Of a DNA stretch of 64,000 nucleotides, positions 37,043 to 47,923 are shown one piece after another (the stretch's first letter is position 1; each line of letters opens with the position of its first letter). Source of the stretch: Mantamonas sphyraenae STR306 (lineage: Eukaryota; Protista; CRuMs); the NCBI GenBank assembly GCA_026936335.1, contig JAPMXV010000022.1, positions 124,001-188,000 of the forward strand. The letters are read 5' to 3'. Under the pieces are notes generated by a model. That model ran no database searches. It saw only the letters and a program-made list of their open reading frames with translations, and had not been told where the DNA came from. The position numbers and the translations under genes were made by a program.

Positions 37043-39549
37043 ATGTCCGCGGAACGCAAGAAACCGCTGTCGTTGGCACTGGCGAGCTGGTCGAGTCCCG
37101 GGTCGTCGCCACGTGGCGAAGTGGTCAAAGTGACGGAGGGAAAGAGTGGAGGAGGGAAAAGCAGTGGCAAAAAGTCCAGGCGGCGGCCTTCTTCATCATC
37201 CACCTCGGGCAAGGCGGCTACAAACTCGGCAGGGGCTCCCCTGAGCATGGGCGACGTCTCGCTGTCCATTGGATTGGGCACCATCACACACCGCAACCGT
37301 GGCCTCACCTCCTTCCAAGGTCTCGGCGTGCAGGCGGATCTGAAGCAGCTGTTTCTGCAGAACAACGCCATCGATTCGTTTGTGGGCCTCGAATCGCAGC
37401 CTCGTCTCGAGGAGCTGAACATGCTCAACAACAACATTCGCACCTTTAAAGGCTTCAAACGACAAAACAAACTGCAGGTAAGGAACGGCCCTCCCCCGAC
37501 CCCGGAGTGTGCTTGTGTGGGAGAACCCACACAGAGTGGCCGTTTGGCGTTTGAATGTCAGATTTCCCCCGCGGGCGGACAACACTCACACAGGCAGGAC
37601 CACCCTCCCCCTTACCACACACACACACACACACACACACATTTGTTGTGTGCGCACAGAGGCTGGTGCTCAAGGGCAACCCTGTGTGCAAGCATGCGCT
37701 GTACCGTGTGATGTGCCTGCTTGCGGCGGGGCCGACGCTGAAGCGGATTGACGACGAGCGTGAGTTTGCCCCGAAAACATGCGCGCAAAGGAGGGCCAAG
37801 AGGGGGGCGAGCGTTGTCATGTGGACTAACACAGGCTTGAACGACGGTATCATGGCACGGGCGTGTGTGCACACAGCGGTATCAAATGCAGAGCGAGCAC
37901 TTGCGAAATCGGTGGGCAACAAGGCGGCGGATGCGGTGCGGCGCGGATGGCTGCTGGATTACAAAGAGGTTGGCTCGGATGAGCTCACGTGGCAGGTGGG
38001 AGAGTACAAAGAGGAGCGCACACGTGCATCGGACTATCTGAGCCTGCGTAGTGGGGAGGGTGGCAGTAGCAGCAGTCGTAGCAGTGGTGGGGGCGGCAGC
38101 AAAGGTGGGGATGGGGGAGGGAAAGGCGTGTCGCGGGTGCTGCTGGAGGACCTGGATGCATACATGGAGAAGGAGGGTGCGTATGGGGAGGGGGAAGGGA
38201 ATGGGAATGGGGAGAGTGGAATGAGTGTGGCAGGGACGCCTGAGCAGAGCAGGGGTGGAGGCAACCACAACAAACGGTACGCGAAGAAGGGAGGAACGCG
38301 GCTGGGGCCGAAACCGCCGACGCCGCTGGCGGGCAAGACGAGCACGGATCTGAAAATGAGCGGAAGCAATTCGCCGCTGGTGAAGCGAGTGTACGAGTTG
38401 GAGGCGAGTGTGAAGAGTGCACATGTGTTGCGGGAGGTGTTGGAGTCGACCATCCGGGAGCAAGAAGAGGCGCTGGACAGGGTCAAGGAGGAGTATGAGG
38501 CTCAGGTGCAGGATCTGGTGCTGACCAATGCCCTGTTGGAGGAGCAGGTGGAGCGTGCGAAGCGAGGCAAGGCAGTGTCGGCTGCGGAGAAGGAGGAGGA
38601 GTTGCAGGCGTCCAGGGCACGGATGCAGGAGAGGGAAGAGGCAAGTGAGGAGTTGATGGGTGCGTTGGTGGCGTTGCAAAACAAGGTGAGCTACTTTGAG
38701 AGGCGATGTGTGGAGGAGGAGCTTGCCACAAAGCGTGTGGAGGGCCAGGTGAGAGATCGGGAACGGGAGGTGCGTTCGTTGCGTACGCGGATGAGCATGA
38801 TGGAGCAGCGACACATGGGCCAGCTGGCGTCCATGGAGACGGAATGGCGTCAGATGGTGTTGGAACACGAGGCGGTGTTGCGGGACAAGTCGATGGAGTG
38901 CGACAGGCTGCGACAGGAGTTGGAGGCGGAGAAGGAGGCAAGGGCAGCCTTGTGGAATCGTGGCGCCGGCAATGTCAGCATCGGTTCCTTGGACGGCACG
39001 GGTAACTTATCATCATCATCATCATCATCATCACCATTGGCATCGCCGTCGTCACCAGGACATGCATCGTTGTCGTCGTCATCGCCGGAGCAGGCGGTGG
39101 TGTTGAGCAGGGTGGTGCGTGAACAGACGCTGGGCAAGCAGCAGGAGCGTGCCTTGCGCATGGAAGTGGAGCAGCAGCTGGCCGAGTCGAGAAGGGGCAA
39201 CAGCGAGCTTGCACAGCGTGTGATGCTCATGCAACAGCGCATCGCGGAACAGGAAGCAACCATCGACCAGCTTGCGTTCAAGTTGCGTGCAGCACAGGCA
39301 GCAGGAGGCAATGGAAGTCCGCGTGTGGCCAAGGGAGCAGCTGGCGGCGGTGTGGTGGAAACGGACTGTCGCCCAGCAGGAAGGACGCAGATCTCCTGTC
39401 GGAGCCAGCACGAAGCGGAAGGATTGGTGGCTGCAGCAGAATCTGCACCAGTGGTGTCGCCGATCAAGACGAGGATGTGGCCGAGTCACGAGGATGCGGA
39501 TTTGGAGATGATGCGAATGTGGCGTGTCAAAGAGTATCGAGCAGTGTGA
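37043..39549 (+). CDS. Leucine-rich-repeat + coiled-coil protein with AIR9-like LRR cap (~735 aa); exons 37043-37477, 37660-37759, 37877-39549
   Basis: Basic Ser-rich N-terminus; SDS22-like LRRs (LKQLFLQNNAIDSF, LEELNMLNNNIRTF, LVLKGNPV). Splicing 37478-37659 and 37760-37876 restores the cap LKRIDDEPVSNAER. Coiled coil spans ~38390-39290. The C-terminal end is uncertain. Confidence 0.78.
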
Positions 39550-39650
39550 AAGTGGAGATCGAATGCACGAGCGGACGGAATGGGACAGTTGCACGAATGG
39601 GCAGTGAACAGCAGGGTGGGAGGCGCCGCATCAAGACGAGGATGAGGCCG

Positions 39651-40166
39651 AGCACCACAGGCAGCTGAACATGAGGATTGACCTCAGGCAGATGATGCGA
39701 AGGTCAGGCAGCTGAGCAGGCGAATGGCACCACAGAGCTGAGCAGCGATGGCAGGCAGCTGGATGGCACCACAGGCAGCTGAGCAGCTGGTGACAAGTGA
39801 GAGCAGGGAATGGCACCACAGGCAGCTGAGCAGCAGGGAATGGCACCACAGGCAGCTGAGCAGCAGGGAATGGCACCACAGGCAGCTGAACCAGCAGGGC
39901 AATGGCACCACAGGCAGCTGAACAGCAGGGAATGGCACCACAGGCAGCTGAGCAGCAGGGAATGGCACCACAGGCAGCTGAACAGCAGGGAATGGCACCA
40001 CAGGCAGCTGAACAGCAGGGAATGGCACCACAGGCAGCTGAACAGCAGGGAATGCACCCACAGCAGCTGAACAGCAGGGAATGGCACCACAGGCAGCCGA
40101 GCAGCAGGGAATGGCAGCGAATGGCACACAGGCCTGAACAGCTGAATGGCAACAACAGCAGGGAAT
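39651..40166 (+). repeat. 30-bp minisatellite (AATGGCACCACAGGCAGCTGARCAGCAGGG), ~10 good units at 39809-40110 with degenerate flanks
   Basis: Direct tandem units start at 39809, 39839, 39869, 39901, 39931, 39961, 39991, 40021, 40051 and 40080, with no spacers. One + frame reads (MAPQAAEQQG)n. Confidence 0.93.
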
Positions 40167-40300
40167 GACCGCACAGCTGGCCGAACACTGAGCAATGAGC
40201 AGCACAGCGCAGCCGATGATTTCCCAATGAAACAACCTGCGCTCCCCAGCCCAATTCTGATTCCCTTTCTTTCGACTTCCCTGCACACACTGCACTGTCA

Positions 40301-40997
40301 ATGAGCCGAGTGGGAGGCGATGATGAGGGTCTCACAGACAGCGAGGGCGAGCTGCAGGAGCTGCCCGAGCAAGGAGCCAGCAATCAAGACGGGGACACAA
40401 ACAAGGACAGCATGACCCTGGACGAGGAATCATCCAGCACACACGGTACGCTTGCCTGCACACATTTTCACTGGTCTGCCCACACACCCACTGCCTCCCC
40501 TCCGTTTCGACGGCCCCTCTCTCTCCCTCCAACCTCCAACACGCACGAAACATCGCAAGTCAGCGACGTGCCACGAGTTCAGGCCCGTTTCCACACTCCC
40601 TACGCCCCACTGGGCCTGCCACACCATCGCACACACTCTCCACTGTACACACACATCCCACACTCTGCGATTCTCGTGCTGCCTGTGTCTCCTGCCCCGT
40701 GTCTGCACCCTACCCCGCAGTGTAAGCTCGTGCATTTGGCCCAGCCTCTCCATCGCTCACCTCGCCACCCGCACGCGCCCCGCAGGCCTCGCCTTTTGGG
40801 AAAAGACAAGGGAGGAGTGGACGAGGCGTCCAGACAGCAGCGACGGCGAACGCAAGATCAGGTTGTCCAACGTCGATCTGGACGACCTGTGGGACGAGCT
40901 ACGTGGCTCCAAGTGTGTTCTCCCAGAGAACGTCCCCCTGCCCGAAATGATCAGCATCCTCACAGAGATTTGGGAGTCCGATGGACTGTATGACTAA
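40301..40997 (+). CDS. DUF4050-family small protein (~118 aa); exons 40301-40445, 40786-40997
   Basis: GLAFWEKTREEW and VPLPEMISILTEIWESDGLYD* match the DUF4050 pattern. Phase-1 intron 40446-40785 (GTACGC...GCTCAC...CGCAG) keeps frame. Confidence 0.75.
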
Positions 40998-41199
40998 GCA
41001 TGGTGCGACACAACTCCCTCCACCCAACAGCCAAAACAATCGTCGTCGTGGCACCCCTCCTCCAATCGCCCGGCTTCCGCAACTCTGGCCAGGACAATGG
41101 AAATCCACATCTCACCTTCTCCACAACCTTCTTCATGCCTTGTGTGTGTGTGTGTGTGTATGTGGTTGCATTGCATTCCATCTCCTCCCTCTGTGCCCC

Positions 41200-42131
41200 T
41201 TAGGCCAAATTGGCCAGGTGGTCGTTGATCTCATCCTCACTCAGCACCTTGAACTGCTGGGTTTCCTCGTCAACAACACCAATCTCCACATTGTCACTCG
41301 TCAGCTCGCCACTGACGTTCTCCTTGAGGGCAAGCAGGGCCGTGTCGACAGCATCGGCCACATCCATGTCGTCCTGGTACCACTTGTCCAGAAAGGTCTT
41401 GGCACTCTCTGCACCCTTGCCAATGGCCGTGGCCTTCCATGCAATGTACGCCCCGCTGGGATCCACCTGGTACAGCTGGGCCTCACGCACCTCGTCGTAG
41501 CCAGCCACCAAGAGGGACACTCCAAACGGCCGCACGCCACCCGATTGCGTAAACTCCTGCATCACCTTGGCCAGCTGGCGTGTGCTGTGCAACGAAGGCA
41601 CCTGGTCCTGGTACACCAGCGAGTACTCCTCCGTCTGCTTGCGGCCCTTCTTCACCAGCACCCGAAAATCGGGGCCCATCCCAGAGTACACCATCCCTGT
41701 GTTGTCCGAAATCCCACACACCTTGGCAATCGAGTCGCCCACCATCAGCGACGACTGCAGCTTCTTCTCCGTGGCGATCACAACCCCGTTTGCCGCTGTG
41801 TGTCCCAAAACCGCGTTCGAGAGGGTCAGATTCCGGCCTCTTCGCTCCACCGTCCCTTTTCCGCCTCGCTCCACACACCCCCCGTCCTGCCCTCCCAACG
41901 TGTGCTTCCCTGCCCTCTGCATGCACGTATGCCTACCCCTCCCACCACCCACACCCTCCCATCGTCCTCTCCAATGCCCACGCAGCAACAAGGCCTCTGC
42001 CGCAACCCTCGACATCACTCACCCTTGATGCCAACGCTCATCGGCGCTTTGGCCACCGCGGCCATGGCGTGCTCGATCTGGCCCAGCTTTCCCGTGCTCG
42101 AGAACGTCGTCAGTGCAAAGTTGTTGCTCAT
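41200..42131 (-). CDS. PSMA2: 20S proteasome subunit alpha type-2 (234 aa); exons 42131-42023, 41795-41200
   Basis: LTTFS.TGKL.QIEHA, GIKAANGVVIATEKK, YSGMGPDFRVLV, QEFTQSGGVRPFGVSLL and QVDPSG.Y.AWKATAIG. Phase-1 intron 41796-42022 (GTGAGT...CACAG). Confidence 0.97.
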
Positions 42132-42302
42132 CCTCGTTGTGGTCTGTTGACGTGGTGGTGGTGAGGAGGGGTCCTGAAAAACAAGTTGCCGCTGGGCCGA
42201 CTGGCGCCCAATCAACACGTGTGTACTGTGCAAATGTTCCATTTTCCTTTCACCTTGAGCTCAAGTCCATCTCTTCCTCTCTCTCCATCTCTCTCTTGCT
42301 CT

Positions 42303-43700
42303 TCACAGGCCAAATTGGTCCCCCGACTGCACCACAGGCGCCAGATCACTAAACTGTCCTGCGTTCTTGTGTGCCACACACAGCTCCTTGAAACTGTTGA
42401 AATCTGCAAAACTCAGCAGGATGTCAAACACGTCGCCCTGGATCTGGTCTTCCCGGGGTCTTTTGTTGCGTGGGTGTGTCAGTCTCCCCAGGTCGGTTTC
42501 AAAGGTGGTGTGTGATCCTTCTTTTGCCAACCCTGCCTTTCCCTTCCCCACCAAACCCTCACACAACCACACTCCCTTCTCTTTTTGCTTTCTCCGTTCA
42601 CCTCCCTCCCCATTCCACACATGAGCCTCCAGCAACTTACTCCAACAGCTCAAAGAACTCTTCCATGCTGAAGCCGTCCACCTCTTGCTTCAAGCGCTCC
42701 TCCAGGATCTTCTCCACCAGCTCCACATACTTCCCGTGGATCTCTGTGTAAATCAACTTGTTCTCCTCGCTGTCCTCAAACTCGTCTGCGTACTTGTCCA
42801 GGAATGCCTCCTGCTGTTCGTCTGTGCGATGTGTGTGCAGCCGAAAGCGAAAGCCCGGCAGGAGCACGGCCACCAAAAGCCGGAAATGAGAAAAAACGCC
42901 CGCAGTTGGTGTCAACATGCGTCCAAATCTCACGATCTCTCTGTATGTGTGTGTGCCTGTGAGGCGCGTGTGCTGCTTGTGCCACCTACTGAACTCGGGA
43001 TCCATAATAATCTCTTCCATGGCGCCCACGATGAGGTCGAAGCGGTCGTCGTTTTCGTCCACACCACCGTGGCTCACAAACGCAAACTCTTCCTCCTCCC
43101 CAAAGTCCTCCATCATGTCCAGGTACTCTGCAGACATCTCTGTCACATGCCACCCAGCCGCCGTTTGCCGTGTCAGTCTCCTCCCGTCGTCACACGCCTT
43201 TCTTTCACCTTGGCGCCAAATCTCAAAAACGGTTGTTCGGACTACACAAGCCCAACTTACCCACGACGCGCGAGCCTCCCTTGCTGCCTCCCTTGCCCGA
43301 CGACGAGGAGGATGACGATGATGATGTTGATGATGATGATGTTGATGACGATGATGATGTCTGCATGTCATGTGTGTTGTCCTCCTCCTCTTCCTCATCG
43401 TTGTTCGAATCCAACGACAACGCCGAGTGTTCGCTCGCATCCGAACCCGGCGTCGGCATCCCACTCCCTTCTGTGCTTGCACTCAGCATCGGGTCGCTTC
43501 CCCTGTTTCCACGATGCTGTGTGTCCACTTCCAGCGATGCCATTCGTCCAGACAGATCATCCTGCAGCCAGGTGTTGTACACCACCGCACATACACAATG
43601 TGAGCCACTGCACGCACGCACACACACGGTCACTTCTACCCTCGCTACCCATGTCTTCATTTCCCATGTCTTCATTTCTCCATACCATGTCTCTGCTCAT
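42303..43700 (-). CDS. ARL2BP: ARL2-binding protein (BART domain) with acidic/Ser-rich N-terminal extension (~267 aa); exons 43700-43686, 43561-43261, 43139-42990, 42821-42641, 42459-42303
   Basis: FDLIVGAMEEIIMDPEF, FEDSEENKLIYT and GDVFDILLSFADFNSFKE match BART. All four introns have GT...AG ends and the exons total 804 nt in frame. The two 5' exons are less certain than the core. Confidence 0.85.
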
Positions 43701-44346
43701 CTGACCAAGAATTGTGTTGTTGGTGGCAGCGGGCTGTGCACTGCGTGTGGTCAAGCACATGCGTGCTGCATTGGATGCAGGGTGGGGGGTGAGTGTGGGT
43801 GTGGATGTGGGTGAGGCCGCACACGGGAGCAAGCAAACAAACCGAACGAGTTTGCACACCGGATGTCCACAGCAGTTTGGGATGTGAGTTTTGAAGTGCG
43901 GTGTGGAGAGGGAAGGGAGAGGGAAGGGGTAGGGATGGGGGTTGGGGGTGGGATTGTGGTTGTGGTTGTTCATGGAGGGTGGGATGGTCGTAGGGCAGTG
44001 TGCTGTGGTGGCTTTGTTGCAACACGAGCTGTGGAGGGTGGTGGGCGAACAGAGACGGGATGGTTGGGGAGGTGGCTGACTCGTGGATGGCACATGGGCA
44101 ATGATGGGGTTGGATGTGGACGATGGATGGGTCCAATAGGTGTTTGGGGAGAGGGAAAGGGGAAAGGCGTTGGCGGGAAGGAAGAAGGCAGCCGCGCCTG
44201 GAGAGATGCAGAGGATGGAGGGACAATGGTGGTGGGATGGGGACACAGAGAAGGAGAACCATGTGTGGATGCATGTGGACAAGCAACTGGATGTCGTAGA
44301 CTGCGAGGATGCCCCCTCGCAACCACACCAATCCGGCTTGCCGATC

Positions 44347-46908
44347 ATGTCCACCAACGACAAAGCAGTCCTGGTCTATGAGGAGTTGATGGAAGCACAG
44401 TCATCCTATGATTCCCTGAGGGTGCTGGAAAGGCTGTCGGAAGCCGACTACGGATTATTCCATGCAGCATTGTCGAAGTTGTCGGACGAAGAGAAAGCAA
44501 ACTCAGACAGCTTCCACAAGGCCATGGCAGAGAAGGTGGCGGCCTGTGCTGCAAGTCTGTACACCGATGGAGCGGAATCGTTGTGGTTTGAAGCCGTGGA
44601 ACAGTACTGTGAGTGATGGGGCGGGGGATGCGATGAATCAGGAATTTTCCTTGACACTCGTTCCTGATGACTCACACAGAACGCGCGGGCTCTTCCACAG
44701 CGCCACCGCAGGACGGAGACAACGAGGGAGGGGTTGCACACGATGGTAAGTGTACACTGGAGAGTGGTCTCGGGGCTGATTGCTGTGGCGAGTGGGGGAA
44801 CATGGATTGGGGCTGACACACAGTGCTCGTTGGCTGGCAGTCACTGGCAAAGAGCTGGTGGAGCTGCTGTGTCTGCGCTACATGCCTACCAAGGACAAGA
44901 AGGGCACTTTTGAAAGCATTGTGGAGGATTGGAAGACAACAGCCGAGCTGGTGTTGGAGGGCAGGATCGAGGAGGGTGACACACTCATCGATGTCTCTGT
45001 TGAATCGATGTTGCAGATGCTGATCGACGTGGACAAGGGCAGGGGACGTGTGCACGGCAGCGGCAGCAGCAGCAGCAGCAGCAGCGATGACGATGGCGGT
45101 GAACACGGTGAGCAACCGCCTCAGTACGAGGTCTCTGCTCTCTCGTACTTGCGCACAGTGTACTTGCGGATGATCGGTGATGAGCAGTACGCAGTGGAAG
45201 CACTTAAAGCACTTAAAGCACTTGAAGCACTTGACACACTTGAGGTCAACCCCAGCAATGCCGTGTTCAGTCTGAACACTCGCATGCCAACGGTGCGTGA
45301 GCAGGACGAGTGTACAGCACAGTGCGAGTTTCACAGCCTCACGGGCCAAGTGGCACGAGTGTACAATCAAAAGGCCACAACATCAACGTGAGTGGTGCGG
45401 AGGGGTGTGGGGTGTGGGGGAGTGTACAGGTAGAGTGGAGGGAATGTTGATGGTGCCGATGCTGACGCCCACTGTCCGAGTGGTGTTACAGGATGCAGAA
45501 CTACCTGAGATGTGGCGGAGGCATATGGTGCAAGCATGGCGACTGGGAGATGACCACGTATGAGTTCAAGGGTACCAAGCCGGACACGGAAACGGGCGTG
45601 GATGTCCATGGAGTGAACATCCCCTTGGCGTTGATTGAGGGCAAGAAGAAGCACGGTGGTGATCAACATATGGATTTAGTGCTTGCGGAAGGGATTACAA
45701 GCATCCTGTATGTGCAGGCGATGCTTGACTGGACGGATGAGGAGAAGGAGCCACCGAAGATCCCATTGCTGCTGCGGTGTTTCTCGGGACCCCAGGTCGT
45801 GGTGGGTGTGATGTGGTACACACTGGGCAAGCCCGGCCAAGGAGCAGAGTCGTTGTGGATGACAAACGCAGTGGACGTGAGCAAGGACTCGCGAGACGCA
45901 CGCGCGTTGCTTCTGGTCGAGGAGGTGCTCTTCCAGCACATGAACGACGTTTTGGAGACACTGGAGAGCAAGACCAAGAGGAGGAGACAGTGTGTGCGAG
46001 CTCTACACTCGCTGGTGGGCTCTGGGCGTCGGACGATCCCGCGGTCAGGTGTTTACACCGTAAAGGGCCGCTCACTGTTGCCACCACCACCAAAGAGAGG
46101 GAGCGGGGGCGGAGGCAGCATGGGAAGCCAGGGAAGCTCGGATGGAGGTGACAGCCAGGACAGCGGGTGGAGTGAGGAGATGTCGGCTCTTTACAACGAG
46201 ATGTCGAGGGAAGGTGCGCGTGTTCTGGGTCAAGCGGGGGTGGAGACGGGTCCGCCGTTGCTGTATGGCGACTTGGGGCTGTCGCGAGGGCAAGGCAGAT
46301 TTGAAGAACGGCCGGTTTTCTGGAAAGTGATGATGAAAGAGAGCGCGGAGTTTGTGGCCAACGAGGAACTGATGGAGAGCAAGGAGCGGTGGGGTCTGTG
46401 CCCTGTGGTTGTGAAGAGTGGAAGGGTGGTGGGTGGAAGGGCTGTGGGTGCTGTGGCACTGCCGTTGTGTCACGTGCTGGAGAATGGACTGCCTGAAGGG
46501 GTGACGCTGCACAGGGTGATGGAGGAGGTGAAGATGTGTGTGGATGCACTGCATGGAGCTGGAAAGTGGCACATGGACATCAAACCGGGGAACATGGTGT
46601 GGTTTGAAGGAGGAGTACGGCTGGTGGACCTGGAGAACATTGGGGTGGAATTGCAGGATGCGGGTGTGTCGCTGCGGATGACGGAGGAGTACACGGCACC
46701 GGAAGTGTTTGGAGAGAACGGGATGGTGCTGGACAAGACAGGGTTGCAGCAGGCGGATCTGTGGAGCACGGGGGCTGTGGTGAGGGATTTGGCAAGGATG
46801 GCACGTGACGCAGGAGTGTGCGATGTGGAGGAGGAGGTGGTGGAGCGGGTGGTGAGGGCACTGCAGGCGGAGGAGCCTGGGGAGCGTGGATGGTTGGATG
46901 GGTGGTGA
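44347..46908 (+). CDS. Putative PD-(D/E)xK nuclease + protein kinase fusion (Crinkler/CR-effector-like), copy 1 (~756 aa); exons 44347-44608, 44701-44745, 44841-45387, 45492-46908
   Basis: Kinase motifs VFWK, HMDIKPGNMV, LVDLE, TEEYTAPE and ADLWSTG. Upstream is KPD-x17-EGK, preceded by helix DECTAQCEF. The three introns (44609-44700, 44746-44840, 45388-45491) have the same boundaries in the paralog. The kinase call is strong; the nuclease call and start codon are inference. Confidence 0.75.
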
Positions 46909-46940
46909 GAAGGTGAGTTGGGGAAGAAGCGAGGTAGGCA
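44422..46940 (+). repeat. Inverted duplication, left arm (>=2.5 kb, matches 61560-64000 reverse complement)
   Basis: Exons and introns are near-identical to the reverse complement of the window end. Similarity fades ~30 bp after the stop codon. The outer boundary lies beyond the window in the right arm. Confidence 0.95.
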
Positions 46941-47040
46941 TGTTGATTGGAATTCGATGTTGCCCGATCCCATTTTTTGGTGAGGTTCGGTCTGTTGGTG
47001 GCGTTGTGCATGGGAGGTCGCACAGCACACCTCCAGAATT

Positions 47041-47646
47041 CTACCGCTTGCGCAGGCTGCGTTCCAGCGCTCGCATCCCTTCGCTCTTGAACCTGCTGCT
47101 GCTGCTACTGCTACTGCTGTACACGTGACCCCTCCCCCCTCCCAATTTCTTTGCTCGTCGTTGTGCTCGGCGCACTTCGGGATCCATGGCGAGCATCCGT
47201 GCGCTGGGTGTGATGACCTCGCTTTGGCGCAGCTTCTGCTCCGCCGCAGATGCCTCGTAGGCACTACGAACGGCCGCACGCACGGCCTCTTTCTTATCAA
47301 TCTCCTTTTTCAATGCCTTCTGGAGCACCCTGAGCCAGTTGGTGTCTTGCAGCGCCGCGTGCCGCCGATACTCCAGAGGAAAGTCCTTTTCGACACAAGC
47401 CTGGCACACGCGCATGACTTCGTGCTTGTCCAGCCTCACCTTGCTTTCCTTTACTGCGTCAATGATCCGTTCGGGCTTGAGTTTGGCCAGCACCTTGCCA
47501 AACGCAGCCGGAGGCAAGGGCACCGTCGTCACCAACGCGTACGCCGTCCCTGCGTCCAGGTGAAGCATCAGCGTGCGTAACGACAGGTCAAACAGCGACC
47601 GTAGCTTCACTTGCGCCTTGTGACGCGATCCCAGGAGCATGGACAT
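47041..47646 (-). CDS. Elongin A-like protein, short form without TFIIS-N domain (~201 aa)
   Basis: BC-box-like LRSLFDLSLRTL, then VP.P...VL.KL.PE.I, C.KDF...W, and a helical R..Y......K..R tail, in the order seen in the Elongin A (SIII A3) domain. Confidence 0.62.
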   Translation of the reverse strand: MSMLLGSRHKAQVKLRSLFDLSLRTLMLHLDAGTAYALVTTVPLPPAAFGKVLAKLKPERIIDAVKESKVRLDKHEVMRVCQACVEKDFPLEYRRHAALQDTNWLRVLQKALKKEIDKKEAVRAAVRSAYEASAAEQKLRQSEVITPSARMLAMDPEVRRAQRRAKKLGGGRGHVYSSSSSSSSRFKSEGMRALERSLRKR

Positions 47647-47923
47647 CTCCTTGACCACACTAAGGAGCACACACGCTCAACACTTTTCGTCTGAATTGTG
47701 CCCGTCTGCGCGACCATCATTCACCCACGAAGGAGCAATGGACGTGCAACTGCAACTCCATGCCCGCCACACACACAATGTATGGGCTGTGTGGGGTGTG
47801 CACGAGGTGGGATGCAACACAAACTCGGGACGTCGACACACATCACACATGCCAAGGGGAAAGGACAAACACAAGGTTGATCCGAGGATGGGCACGTCGT
47901 CCCATTCGCCGTTTGCCCTGCAC

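Noticed and set aside
39651-40166. CRISPR array, or a Cys-rich metallothionein/keratin-like gene on the minus strand
   Set aside because: The units are contiguous with no unique spacers, there are no cas genes and the context is eukaryotic. The (CGAIPCCSAA)n reading is just one frame of the minisatellite and is broken by indels.
43760-44346. ORFs 43557..44363, 43672..44331 and 43863..44381
   Set aside because: Low-complexity G/T-skewed spacer between divergent genes; the translations are P/H/T- or G/W-rich with no family motifs.
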